Part shown: positions 1-8,636 of the stretch, piece by piece | Position numbering within the stretch: position 1 is the first letter of the stretch | Layout: each line of letters opens with the position of its first letter | Made by a program: the position numbers and the translations under genes | The notes under the pieces: model-generated | What the model saw: only the letters and a program-made list of their open reading frames with translations | What the model was told of the DNA's origin: nothing | Database searches by the model: none | Source: Asterionella formosa | Taxonomy: Eukaryota | Length of the DNA: 20,000 bases | NCBI GenBank assembly: GCA_002256025.1 | Contig: NKIB01013053.1 | Span: forward strand, 44,899-64,898 | Direction: 5' to 3'

Positions 1-495
1 TACAAAAATTTGGTCAACATAAACACAAATTTTGGGGTTATGAGTGCAACAATTTATGTTACAATACTCATGGTATAATATTTTTTTCTATCAGAGCGCG
101 CCCACTAATAAAAAAACAAGAAACTGATATTTCTTCACCACAACCCTAAGCCCTAACCCTTCAGCATTGTTGCAATGTGGTTCTTGTGCGTTGGTCTCCG
201 GGTTTCGGCGATCTTTTGTGGTCGTTTAAGGTCTTCTGCGGTCTTTTGCGAACCTTGCGTTCTTTTAAGGCCTTTTCGTTCGGTCTGATACTAACAGGGT
301 ACCAGAGCCAAATTGCGCTAATCTTGCTGTAACTAAAGATTTAGCTTTTTAAATCTTAGATCGAAATGCTTTTTCTGCAAAATTACCGCGACTTGCCAGA
401 TATACAATTTCTTGGGCTTTATTGGAAGGAATGTTCTTATTGCCCCTGGATGTTTAATGCTTCACCAGAGGTCAAATTTGCTTTCAAGAAATGAG

Positions 496-578
496 AGTCG
501 CGCGTACTTTTCAAGAAGTACGCGATCTTCTTAGAAGTACCAGGTAGTCGAACTGCCTTCGTAGAAGTATGCGCGACT
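496..578. repeat. Inverted and direct repeat cluster upstream of the rhodopsin-kinase gene
   Basis: AGTCGCGCGTACTT (496-509) pairs with AAGTATGCGCGACT (565-578, 1 mismatch), and CGCGTACTT (501-509) pairs with AAGTACGCG (516-524). AGAAGTA occurs three times (514, 533, 563), each shortly after TTC. Confidence 0.55.
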
Positions 579-943
579 AGAATTTCGAATGATATTTGGA
601 AAATTAATAGCGAGGTCTGTGCATGATACACATGAGAAATTTTCCAGATAACGAGGAAGCACGGAGTTTCTTTTACCTCCCAGTACCAGGAGTACCTCGG
701 ACCTACCGTACAAAGGATCATGTTGAATCAACGTACCGGTAAGGGGGTTGTGGTCTTATTCTTTGCTTGCTTCCCTCTTCTCTTTTTAGCTGATTTAAGT
801 AGACGAGGAAATATTATCATATGTATGTATGGATGCAGCCGCCGATGTATATTACCTACCGGTGTATATGTAAAAAAAACACATTATTTCTGATTTACAA
901 AACTAAATCTGGTGGAAGCCTCTGGCCCTCGTCTGTGTCCACC

Positions 944-3877
944 ATGCCAGGCTCCTCAACTCATGATCACAGCTCCTTCAAGCCCAACAGCTTCGGAAGA
1001 CTCGGCGCGCTGGGCACTCAATTCTCTTCGCACGACGTAGAGGTGAAGCGCCTTGGCGCATTTCTCAACCAGGGAGCCTTTGCAGGGTTAATCATTTGGA
1101 TTACACTTGTCTTCGTCGTCTTTTACGCATCTCCACCAGAATCCTATGAGTACCTTGAAGGCCACGAGCTCAAAGCAAACTTACTTCTCTTCGTATTGCT
1201 CTTTGTTACGAATGGCTCGCGATTGCTGCCGCTTTTTTTCAAGGAGCACTCCCAGTTCATGAACACTGGCGCCATGACTGGCTCTTTCACCATCCAGGGC
1301 ATTGCTCTCGCGTCTTGCGGGATCATGATATGTTTACCCACACCAGTTCTGATGGATACTATCACAAACCGACGGGTCCATCTGATGCGATGGGTGGAGT
1401 GGATCCCCCTTGCCTTTCTCATGACCTTCCTCACGGAAGCCATTGACATGCCCAATCACGATCAAGCCGTAGAAGTGGCGTGGGGACATGCATGGGCCCT
1501 GGCCTTCAGTACCATGGCGGGGATTATATTTCCGTTCTGTACCACCCCGTGGCAGTGGATGGTGGTCTTTGTCATTTCTTGCATTCTTTTTTGTAGTTTG
1601 TACGTCCGACTGTATCAACGAATGATGAGGTTTCGACGAACCCCCGTGGGAAATAGTGTCGATGAACAAGAATTGCACGACCGAGCCCGACTGAGTTTCA
1701 GGTTGCTTCAAGCATGCTCCATCATGTGGACGGGAATCATCGTAGCATTTGTTGCGTGCTGCGTTGCGGGAAAGTTTGCGCCAGAAGGGTCATGGTGGGC
1801 GAATCCAGCCTTGCCACTAGTGGTTGAGTGTGCTTTTGAAATTGGATCCAAGATGTGGTATCTCTTGCTTATTGCGGATGTTCATGAAAGCATATTCGAC
1901 GAAGGATTAAGGAGCATCCGTCGATTGAAAGAAATGCGGGATATGATGACCTGTGTGTGGGAATCATCGTCTGATGCAATTGCACTTTGTGTCAGGGGAA
2001 AGGAAACCATAAATGCCGTGGTGAGTCCAACTTTTTTGCGCCTGGGTACAGAAAATGCGGAAAGCGATTCCATGAAGTTGGCTCTTCTATTTGAAATTAC
2101 TCTGCAACCCAATAGTCAAACCAAACCAGAACACAGAATCGCAACCATGGCTATGGCGAAGCTTGGCAAGAGCAAAAAACATAGCCCTAGCCCACCAAAT
2201 TTGCTCTCAGAATTTTTTCACGATGACATGGACTCTTCAGATCAACGGAAAATTGCATCAATGGCGAAGCTGCTCGCCAAATCATGGCACTTTAATAGCC
2301 GAGAATCTCTTGTCATGCATGACTTGTACGGAGAAACACCGACAGGTGAACTACGAACGATTCGATGCGAAGCGAAGATTACCAAGTTAGCCAATGATGC
2401 AGCTGTGGTGGTGTTGCGCGACATTTCGGAAAGATTCCAACGATTTGAAACCGAGAAACAACTCGTTATCGCACTTACGGAGCGCAAGAAGGATTCTGAA
2501 GCGAATCGCTTTGCTCGTCACGAGGTCAAAAACAGTTTAATAGCCGCGCTTTGGATGGTCAATTCCATCAAGGATACCATGGAATCGCCGGATGGAATGG
2601 AAACGAGCAGGGAAACAATGATCAACGTGAGGAGGGAAGCTGATCAGTCTGAAAGTCAAGCGCAGGGCAGTCTTACCCTGGGAAAGGCCGATATTCCTTT
2701 GAATTTCCCGGGTTATATGCGAAAATTGGAAGAGAAGCTTCGCGAGGTCCTGGATACATTGGTGACGGAAGCCATAAGTCGTGAAGTCGTCAAAGAGATT
2801 TACCAACCTCAAAATGAGGCAACCGACATTCGTAGCCTTTTGTCGAAAAATAACCACATGGCATCTTCTGCTGTTGATGATCGCTTTCCCATTTTCGAAT
2901 CAAGGAATCCCTTTCCCAAAATCCTCATCGATCCTGATCTCGTATGTATTTTCCATCGTCACGCCGTTTCGAACGCAGTCAAATATGGCAAACAAGGTGG
3001 TGTGGTGCAAACATATCTCGCTTACGAAACTAAGAATAAGCAGTTGCTCATAAGTGTTACAAACCAGCCTGGTAAAAATCATGCAGTTTTGGTGGAAATG
3101 AACGAGGATGAGACGGCGAAAATATTTTCCTCAGGAACCCGTCTCAACGTGAATAGTAGACCAGTAGACAAAGCAAGTGATGCCCTGTTTGCTATAAGTC
3201 CGGCAGGTGGCGGGGCTTGGATCATGCAAAAGTGTGCCGCGACCATGGGGGGACAGTGTACTATCAAATTTGAGAAAGACTCAACCATATTGTCTCTTTC
3301 CTGTCCTGCCGATGTTGCATCTGACGACTTGTATACATCTGGCGTTTTGGTAAGGGATTCAGCATCACATTTTGAAGTTCCCAAGAACACGTGGGGAATT
3401 GCTGTGGATGACTCTGGTATTCAGAGAAAATTTTTGGAGCGCTTCATGTCCTTGTCCGGAATCGAAAGTAGTAGACGAAGGATTCTGGGAGGATCAGATC
3501 AAGAGATTTTTGGATTCAATGAATATCTAGAGAAACTAATTGTTGAAAACCCTGATGACAAGTTTATGGTCATTGTCGACGAGAACCTAGTGGTTGAGGA
3601 GAAAAAGATTCAACAAACAATTTCCGGTTCCAAGTGTATTGAGACACTGCTGCATAATTTGAAGCCTGAAGATTCACTGCGTTTGCTCGCACTTGTGCGC
3701 AGTGAGGCGGATTCCAGCATAGATATCGCCATGTACAAGGCCCGCACTCACGGTTTTATTTCGAAATCACACATTCACAAAGATATGGTGCTACCGATCA
3801 TTGAATGCTGGTGGAAACTGCGTTTTCCCACAGAGGCCGGGGTAGACCTTTCAAGGCAAAAATCGCTTCTTCAGTAA
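944..3877 (+). CDS. Rhodopsin-like 8-TM / PAS-like / HisKA / HATPase / receiver hybrid histidine kinase (candidate histidine kinase rhodopsin)
   Basis: 1018-aa ORF (821..3877); the likely start is ACCATG at 944 (M42). Eight hydrophobic segments lie at about aa 85-354. RWVEW (nt 1388-1402) matches bacteriorhodopsin helix C RYADW, and EIGSK (nt 1838-1852) matches helix G DVSAK. A PAS-like region runs from WESSSDAIAL to VVVLRDISERF. Kinase motifs: H-box RHEVKNSL (H at 2519), N-box SNAVKYG (N at 2972), F-box KIFSSG, G2-like AGGGAWI..MGG. Receiver motifs: IAVDDS (3407), VIVDENL (D at 3578), GFISK. Confidence 0.88.
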   Translation: MPGSSTHDHSSFKPNSFGRLGALGTQFSSHDVEVKRLGAFLNQGAFAGLIIWITLVFVVFYASPPESYEYLEGHELKANLLLFVLLFVTNGSRLLPLFFKEHSQFMNTGAMTGSFTIQGIALASCGIMICLPTPVLMDTITNRRVHLMRWVEWIPLAFLMTFLTEAIDMPNHDQAVEVAWGHAWALAFSTMAGIIFPFCTTPWQWMVVFVISCILFCSLYVRLYQRMMRFRRTPVGNSVDEQELHDRARLSFRLLQACSIMWTGIIVAFVACCVAGKFAPEGSWWANPALPLVVECAFEIGSKMWYLLLIADVHESIFDEGLRSIRRLKEMRDMMTCVWESSSDAIALCVRGKETINAVVSPTFLRLGTENAESDSMKLALLFEITLQPNSQTKPEHRIATMAMAKLGKSKKHSPSPPNLLSEFFHDDMDSSDQRKIASMAKLLAKSWHFNSRESLVMHDLYGETPTGELRTIRCEAKITKLANDAAVVVLRDISERFQRFETEKQLVIALTERKKDSEANRFARHEVKNSLIAALWMVNSIKDTMESPDGMETSRETMINVRREADQSESQAQGSLTLGKADIPLNFPGYMRKLEEKLREVLDTLVTEAISREVVKEIYQPQNEATDIRSLLSKNNHMASSAVDDRFPIFESRNPFPKILIDPDLVCIFHRHAVSNAVKYGKQGGVVQTYLAYETKNKQLLISVTNQPGKNHAVLVEMNEDETAKIFSSGTRLNVNSRPVDKASDALFAISPAGGGAWIMQKCAATMGGQCTIKFEKDSTILSLSCPADVASDDLYTSGVLVRDSASHFEVPKNTWGIAVDDSGIQRKFLERFMSLSGIESSRRRILGGSDQEIFGFNEYLEKLIVENPDDKFMVIVDENLVVEEKKIQQTISGSKCIETLLHNLKPEDSLRLLALVRSEADSSIDIAMYKARTHGFISKSHIHKDMVLPIIECWWKLRFPTEAGVDLSRQKSLLQ

Positions 3878-4289
3878 GAACTGTTAAAAATTTTATGTTT
3901 TCTTGTTCACAAAGAGTCGACAATATTCGGATGCAGATATCAAACAACCAGTTCTATGCGAGTGAGTTTGGCCGCACAACGAGGTATTTCGGATCAAAAA
4001 ATCAAGGACTGGAATCGACAATTTGTAAGAATGCCCTGTGAATCTAAACGAAAGCGTTATACCGAAAGTTGCTTAAAGACGAACCCAAATGAGCCTAATA
4101 TCCAAATGTCAGCAAAGGTAGGCACAGGTTTTGTTACATTGCTTAATGTGAAAGCTCCGTGTGGGCGAGATATACAATTATGTAACAGGGAAACATGTAC
4201 CTTTCCACAACGATTTAATTTGAACTACTATATATACAGAGACCATCATCTCAGAGTGATGAATTACGTACCATGCAACAAAATCTTTT

Positions 4290-5030
4290 TTCTTCAAGAC
4301 TCTTCTCCGAATCGAGTTCTTCTAGCCGCGCCTTCATTTCGATGATTCTCTCCTTGTGCAAATAGTCATCAATCACGTCACTGCTTCTTTCGGGTCTGAA
4401 ATCATGTCAAAGAACTGAGCAGAACCATAATCAGTGTACTCGATATACTTGTAGTCCATCCTGATCAACCCTCTTGCTGTTGGCCAGGAGGACTTCGGAT
4501 CAAGTAAGTATTGAAATTTCGTAAGTAACTCTTTTCGCCAGTCAGTTGAGGTTGTTCGGAAAATTTAAGAAATGTCATGTCCACGTTTAAGGTGAAATTA
4601 TCATTTGGAAGCCCTCCTCCAGTGGAATCCACTTCCCTGCGAGACCGTGCAAGGCATGAACATATCCATTGTCAGTTGTGACCATGACCATTGTTTCGTT
4701 GAGAATTCCATGCCGTTCTAGTTCTTCGTAGACCTTGTCAGCAGCGCTGTCAACTTCAGCAATCAAACGATAGTACTTCTTGACCATTATCTGGTACTAC
4801 TTGCATGGTTGGGTGTCAAAAGCGCAAATGATACTATCTTCGCCGACCTTCAAAGCCTCTGCAAAGGACCTGTTCTTGAGCATTTGCCAGCTCGAATCTC
4901 TTCCATTATTGGGATTCGGAATCGTATCGTTTATATAAAGCGCCATGGACTAGGGGATTGGGGCAGTAAATACTCCTTCATGGCATTCGTATCTGGGTTC
5001 TGGTCATAGTTTATAGCGCGAGGTGGATGT
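4290..5030 (-). pseudogene. Sulfatase-family pseudogene (C-terminal half, with frameshifts and stops)
   Basis: ORF 4587..4787 (KYYRLIAEVD...GILNETMVMVTTDNGYVHALHGLAGKW) carries the sulfatase D-N-G and G-K-W motifs. Fragments in other frames continue the protein: SMALYINDTIPNP...FEGRRR*YHLRF upstream and MDYKYIEYTDYGSAQFFDMISDPKE...IEMKARLEEL downstream. No N-terminal CxPxR motif was seen. Boundaries are approximate. Confidence 0.8.
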
Positions 5031-5829
5031 TGAATCACAATGGCAGGTCTGTTATACCGACTGTCGATGTGGCATTCACAATTGTAAATTCAACGAGGGC
5101 ATTGCTTCTTGCTTGCTGTTGTTGGATGATGGTCTGAAATCTTATTGATGAGTTCATTTCTTAACCCTAGCAACTCACTTTTATGCGCAATATTTGCCTT
5201 GCTAATTGCCAATCACCATGGTGCTCATTCATTGTTGCTTTTCTCGTGTTATCATTGCATTCATCTGCTTCTTCGAATGCAAGCATCCTTAATCTTGCAG
5301 TGATGAGTAGAAATGTCAAGAGAATCAAACAGTAGTCCAATGCGAAGTTGCTGGTTCTGATATCACATACGTTACATTTGTTGGCACCAATACCTGCATC
5401 CACCACTACACAAATTGCCAATACTATTATGAATAAATTCTCAGATGATTTTCACAACTTTTGTTTCATTTGCCAGCACTCATTTTATTGTTCTAGTCGT
5501 GATACTTCCTTTGTTATGCAGCCAACTACTGTGAAAGTGTCAAATCTGCTTCTAGCATTGTCGTTTTGTATTTTACATCTCTACTATTTCATGAAAAAAA
5601 ATGGACCATGGGCAACTTCAATTCTTGTTGTCAATATTTTTGTTAATAGAATAATCCTTTTATGATAAATTCACCAAAAAGGGAAGTGTTGTTCTAAATT
5701 TTTGTGGAGATGTTCGCTAGTTACGTCATGATAGTCAAGGTTGGTATGACATGATGCAGTATTCTCCAGCTGCTCACAACGCCTACCAGTATTCATGCAC
5801 ACCTAACCCTAAACCTTAATCAAATTCGC

Positions 5830-7450
5830 TTCTAGAAACTCCCAATTCCGAGGAAATTAGGTAACCCTAAGCAATACTTTCGTATTAATCGAACTGTGAT
5901 AATTTGCTCTGAAAGACAATGGCACACACTTGCGTTGAAGTTGTCTTTCCCCTTCTTCTCTTTCAAGCTCAAATTTTGGTATGCACCTTTGTTGGAACAT
6001 GCCCACATGTACTCTATTTCTTCCTCTGCAAGTTTTGCATTACATTTTGGCATCAGGAGGATTGTGATGCCAATCTTGGTTGCAGTATATTGCAGCATTT
6101 CCTCTTCATAGCAAGTGTATTTTTGTTTAGGTTTGTGCTTTAAATGAAACGTCCCCTTTCTCAAATAACTTGCAGCAAACCCTTCGCTCTTCCTTCCCAT
6201 CCTTCACGAAAATTTTCAACAGTCATGACTGTAAAATTTTTACGCAAAACACAAAGGTGAAATGACACCTTTTTTCTTTCCCTTGGTGCTGATCCCTTTT
6301 GTTTTCAGGTATAATTCCAAGGCTGAAAGATTTCTTTCATTGGTAGAGGTAGTTCTCAATTGAATGTCATGTCATGTTGCTTCCCTTAGTGTTGGAGACA
6401 TACATAATTGACCAAAATGGTCATTTGTTGTGTGTCTCCAACATTCAGTGTACATTGGCTGGAATGGGCCCAAAAATCCTTGATCGCTTTCAATGACCGT
6501 TTCTCTCATTGGAAAGTACCTTCCACCAAAAAAATTATTTATGTAGAGCTGATTGAGGCCATTAAATTGTTGCTTGAAGTTACCAGCACTGTGATCAAAT
6601 ATAAAGTCAGTCTCAAATGTTGGGCATATCAAATGAAGAACATCAACAGTATCTTCGAACTGGAGCACCATGTGGGGATAGTTCCAGCATCCCTCTCTGT
6701 TTTCTCCATATTCAAACAAAACATCAAATGGAGACTTTTCTGCCTTCAATGGATTCTTTTGTCATCCACCATACACTTGAATTGCAGCTTTCTTGTCTGC
6801 ATAGTTCATTCCAAGGTGACCAGGGTTTATTTCAGCAAGAATATTCATTGATATCTGTTGGATTATCCCATGCTCATGACAGACAAATGCAGAAATCAGT
6901 TAGACTGCATCTTCATCCTTTGGAAGTAGTGGCTGCTCTCCCTAAGGAACAACCCATATCTTGGATAAAAGTAGAAAACTATTATACTTAGCCATTTCCA
7001 ATGATCACTTTACATGTCTAGATATGCTTGAAAGCTTTCCTCACACTTAAGCTGCAGCCAAATGAGAGCTCATTGATCTTGACTTTCAACTTGTAGCTTG
7101 CATCAACATGGTACTCAACCATTTCAACTCCATCATTTAGTGTTAAAGTAAAAGCCACAATTATCTGCAATGCATATTTGGGTGCAGAACTCATGAGAGG
7201 AAGCACCTTGTTGACCACTCTTATCATCAAAGCGAAATTAAACTGTGCTGTATCCTCAATTGAGTATTTCTGGATCATGTATAGCTGCAATTGGGTTGCT
7301 GGAGGCCTGTAGCCAGTGGTCATGAAGCACACAATGTTTGCTTATGGCAGCCTTAAAACATGGGTGCATTGTTTGCAGTGTGCACCAATGTCTCTTTGTT
7401 TCATGAAGGTCACAATGGTCAGATGCAGCTATTGGTGCATTCAGGAGAAA
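5830..7450 (-). mobile_element. Degraded DNA transposon relic, DDE transposase of IS630/Tc1-mariner-like type
   Basis: Collinear fragments on the minus strand: VEMVEYHVD..FGCSLSVRK (7018-7332), GEQPLLPKDED (~6910-6945), FEYGENREGCWNY..QFEDTVDVL..FIFDHS (6372-6749), LMPKCNAKLAEEEIEYMW (5832-6200). The last resembles the PKxHxEL..IE.xW third-catalytic-residue motif of DDE_3-type transposases. Many stops and frameshifts; the ends are not defined. Confidence 0.7.
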
Positions 7451-7745
7451 AAGTAGATCTGGAGATTTTCACCACCATTGTTGGAGTGAACAAAGCACAT
7501 GTAATGACATGATAGAATTTGCAACCCAAACGAAAGCTAAAAAATAATATACCAGCTCTACTATGACTACCCAAATTTTAGTCATTGTGCACCCATTGTC
7601 AGCCATAACTCCCCATGTCTTTTTCACCATTGGACACCCTACCCTGTTCATTAGCTTCGATATGGTGATTGGTCAAAAAAATATGGGTCTATAGGTCAAC
7701 TCTATGCACGAACCTTAAATAGAAATGAAAAACTTTGTCGGATGC

Positions 7746-8062
7746 CTGAAGAGACATTATGAGCATTGCTGCGACATGGAAAATGTATAGGACCCAGCTG
7801 TCAATGACCTACCGGTGTTCAAGGAATTTCAAATGACTTTCTGGATTCATTCATTTGTCATTTGACAGATACACAATGACTATACCCGTTACAGTGTATT
7901 GTGAACGGCAATCAAAGTACATACCGGTATATCACCACATCCACAATGACTTGGGTTCACTGCACCTTGTAATTGACATAAATCATTTAAAAAGGATGTG
8001 AATGCCATGACATGTTCAACACGGGTAAATTTTGGTAATCAAATGCCGGTATGTCTCTTCAG
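7746..8062. mobile_element. Candidate MITE-like element with a 12-bp terminal inverted repeat
   Basis: CTGAAGAGACAT (7746-7757) and its exact reverse complement ATGTCTCTTCAG (8051-8062) flank a non-coding 317-bp segment. No obvious target-site duplication. Confidence 0.35.
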
Positions 8063-8636
8063 TTTATGATAGCTGGTTTACTAATGATAGCCATGACTTT
8101 CACGATTACCAGACGACATGACTGTTGTGCCCATCATATATAAATTGATATGTCAATTTTGCTGAAACGAAAACTTTAGCTATCTTTGTCTAATCTTAGA
8201 TTGTTTATTTAAGTAAAATGACCGCAACTTGCTTTTACCAGGTATTATGTTCTCGGAGTACATACCTGGTAGCGGTTGGAATGGTTACGAATTGCTTCAC
8301 CATCATTCGAGGTACTATTCCGTTGTTGTCCTCTATTAATTATTGCCCCATATTTATATCCTAGTTAGATATTTCCTTCAAACAGTCATCGCAACCCCGT
8401 TCAGATGGCTACGACAAGCCCTAAATGTAACTTTAGAATAAAAAGTTCGTTCACTATACAGCGTCAAAAGTCACTCTATTTTTTCATGATGAAGTGGTCA
8501 GAAGGTATTGCAAAACGCGACGCGAGTTGACGAGTTTTGTCACATTTGATTTCACATTATTTTTAGCATCACCCATATTATTGTTACACGCAAACCCCAA
8601 AACACTAGCATTAAAAAAGCACACACAAAATTTACC

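Noticed and set aside
141..160. True telomere
   Set aside because: Only 2-3 imperfect CCCTAA units, embedded in internal sequence.
821..943. ORF-track start at 821 for the kinase
   Set aside because: The first 41 codons are AT-rich and UTR-like (A-run, TATATT). ATG 944 has ACCATG context and coding-like composition follows. Not proven without transcripts.
1073..1882. Calling the TM domain a heliorhodopsin or a proton pump
   Set aside because: Helix G has ExxxK rather than SxxxK, and a C-terminal cytosolic kinase fits type-1 orientation. The T89 and D96 equivalents are Leu, so there is no pump motif.
3805..4345. ORFs 3805..4041 and 3956..4345 as genes
   Set aside because: No recognisable motifs; they overlap the kinase 3' end/UTR and the antisense sulfatase remnant.
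5167..5665. ORFs 5167..5421 and 5348..5665
   Set aside because: AT-rich, no motifs, adjacent to the TE relic; probably decayed sequence.
7746..7785. Hammerhead ribozyme core (CTGAAGA...GAAA)
   Set aside because: A core-like heptamer is present, but I could not build the required stems I-III around it.
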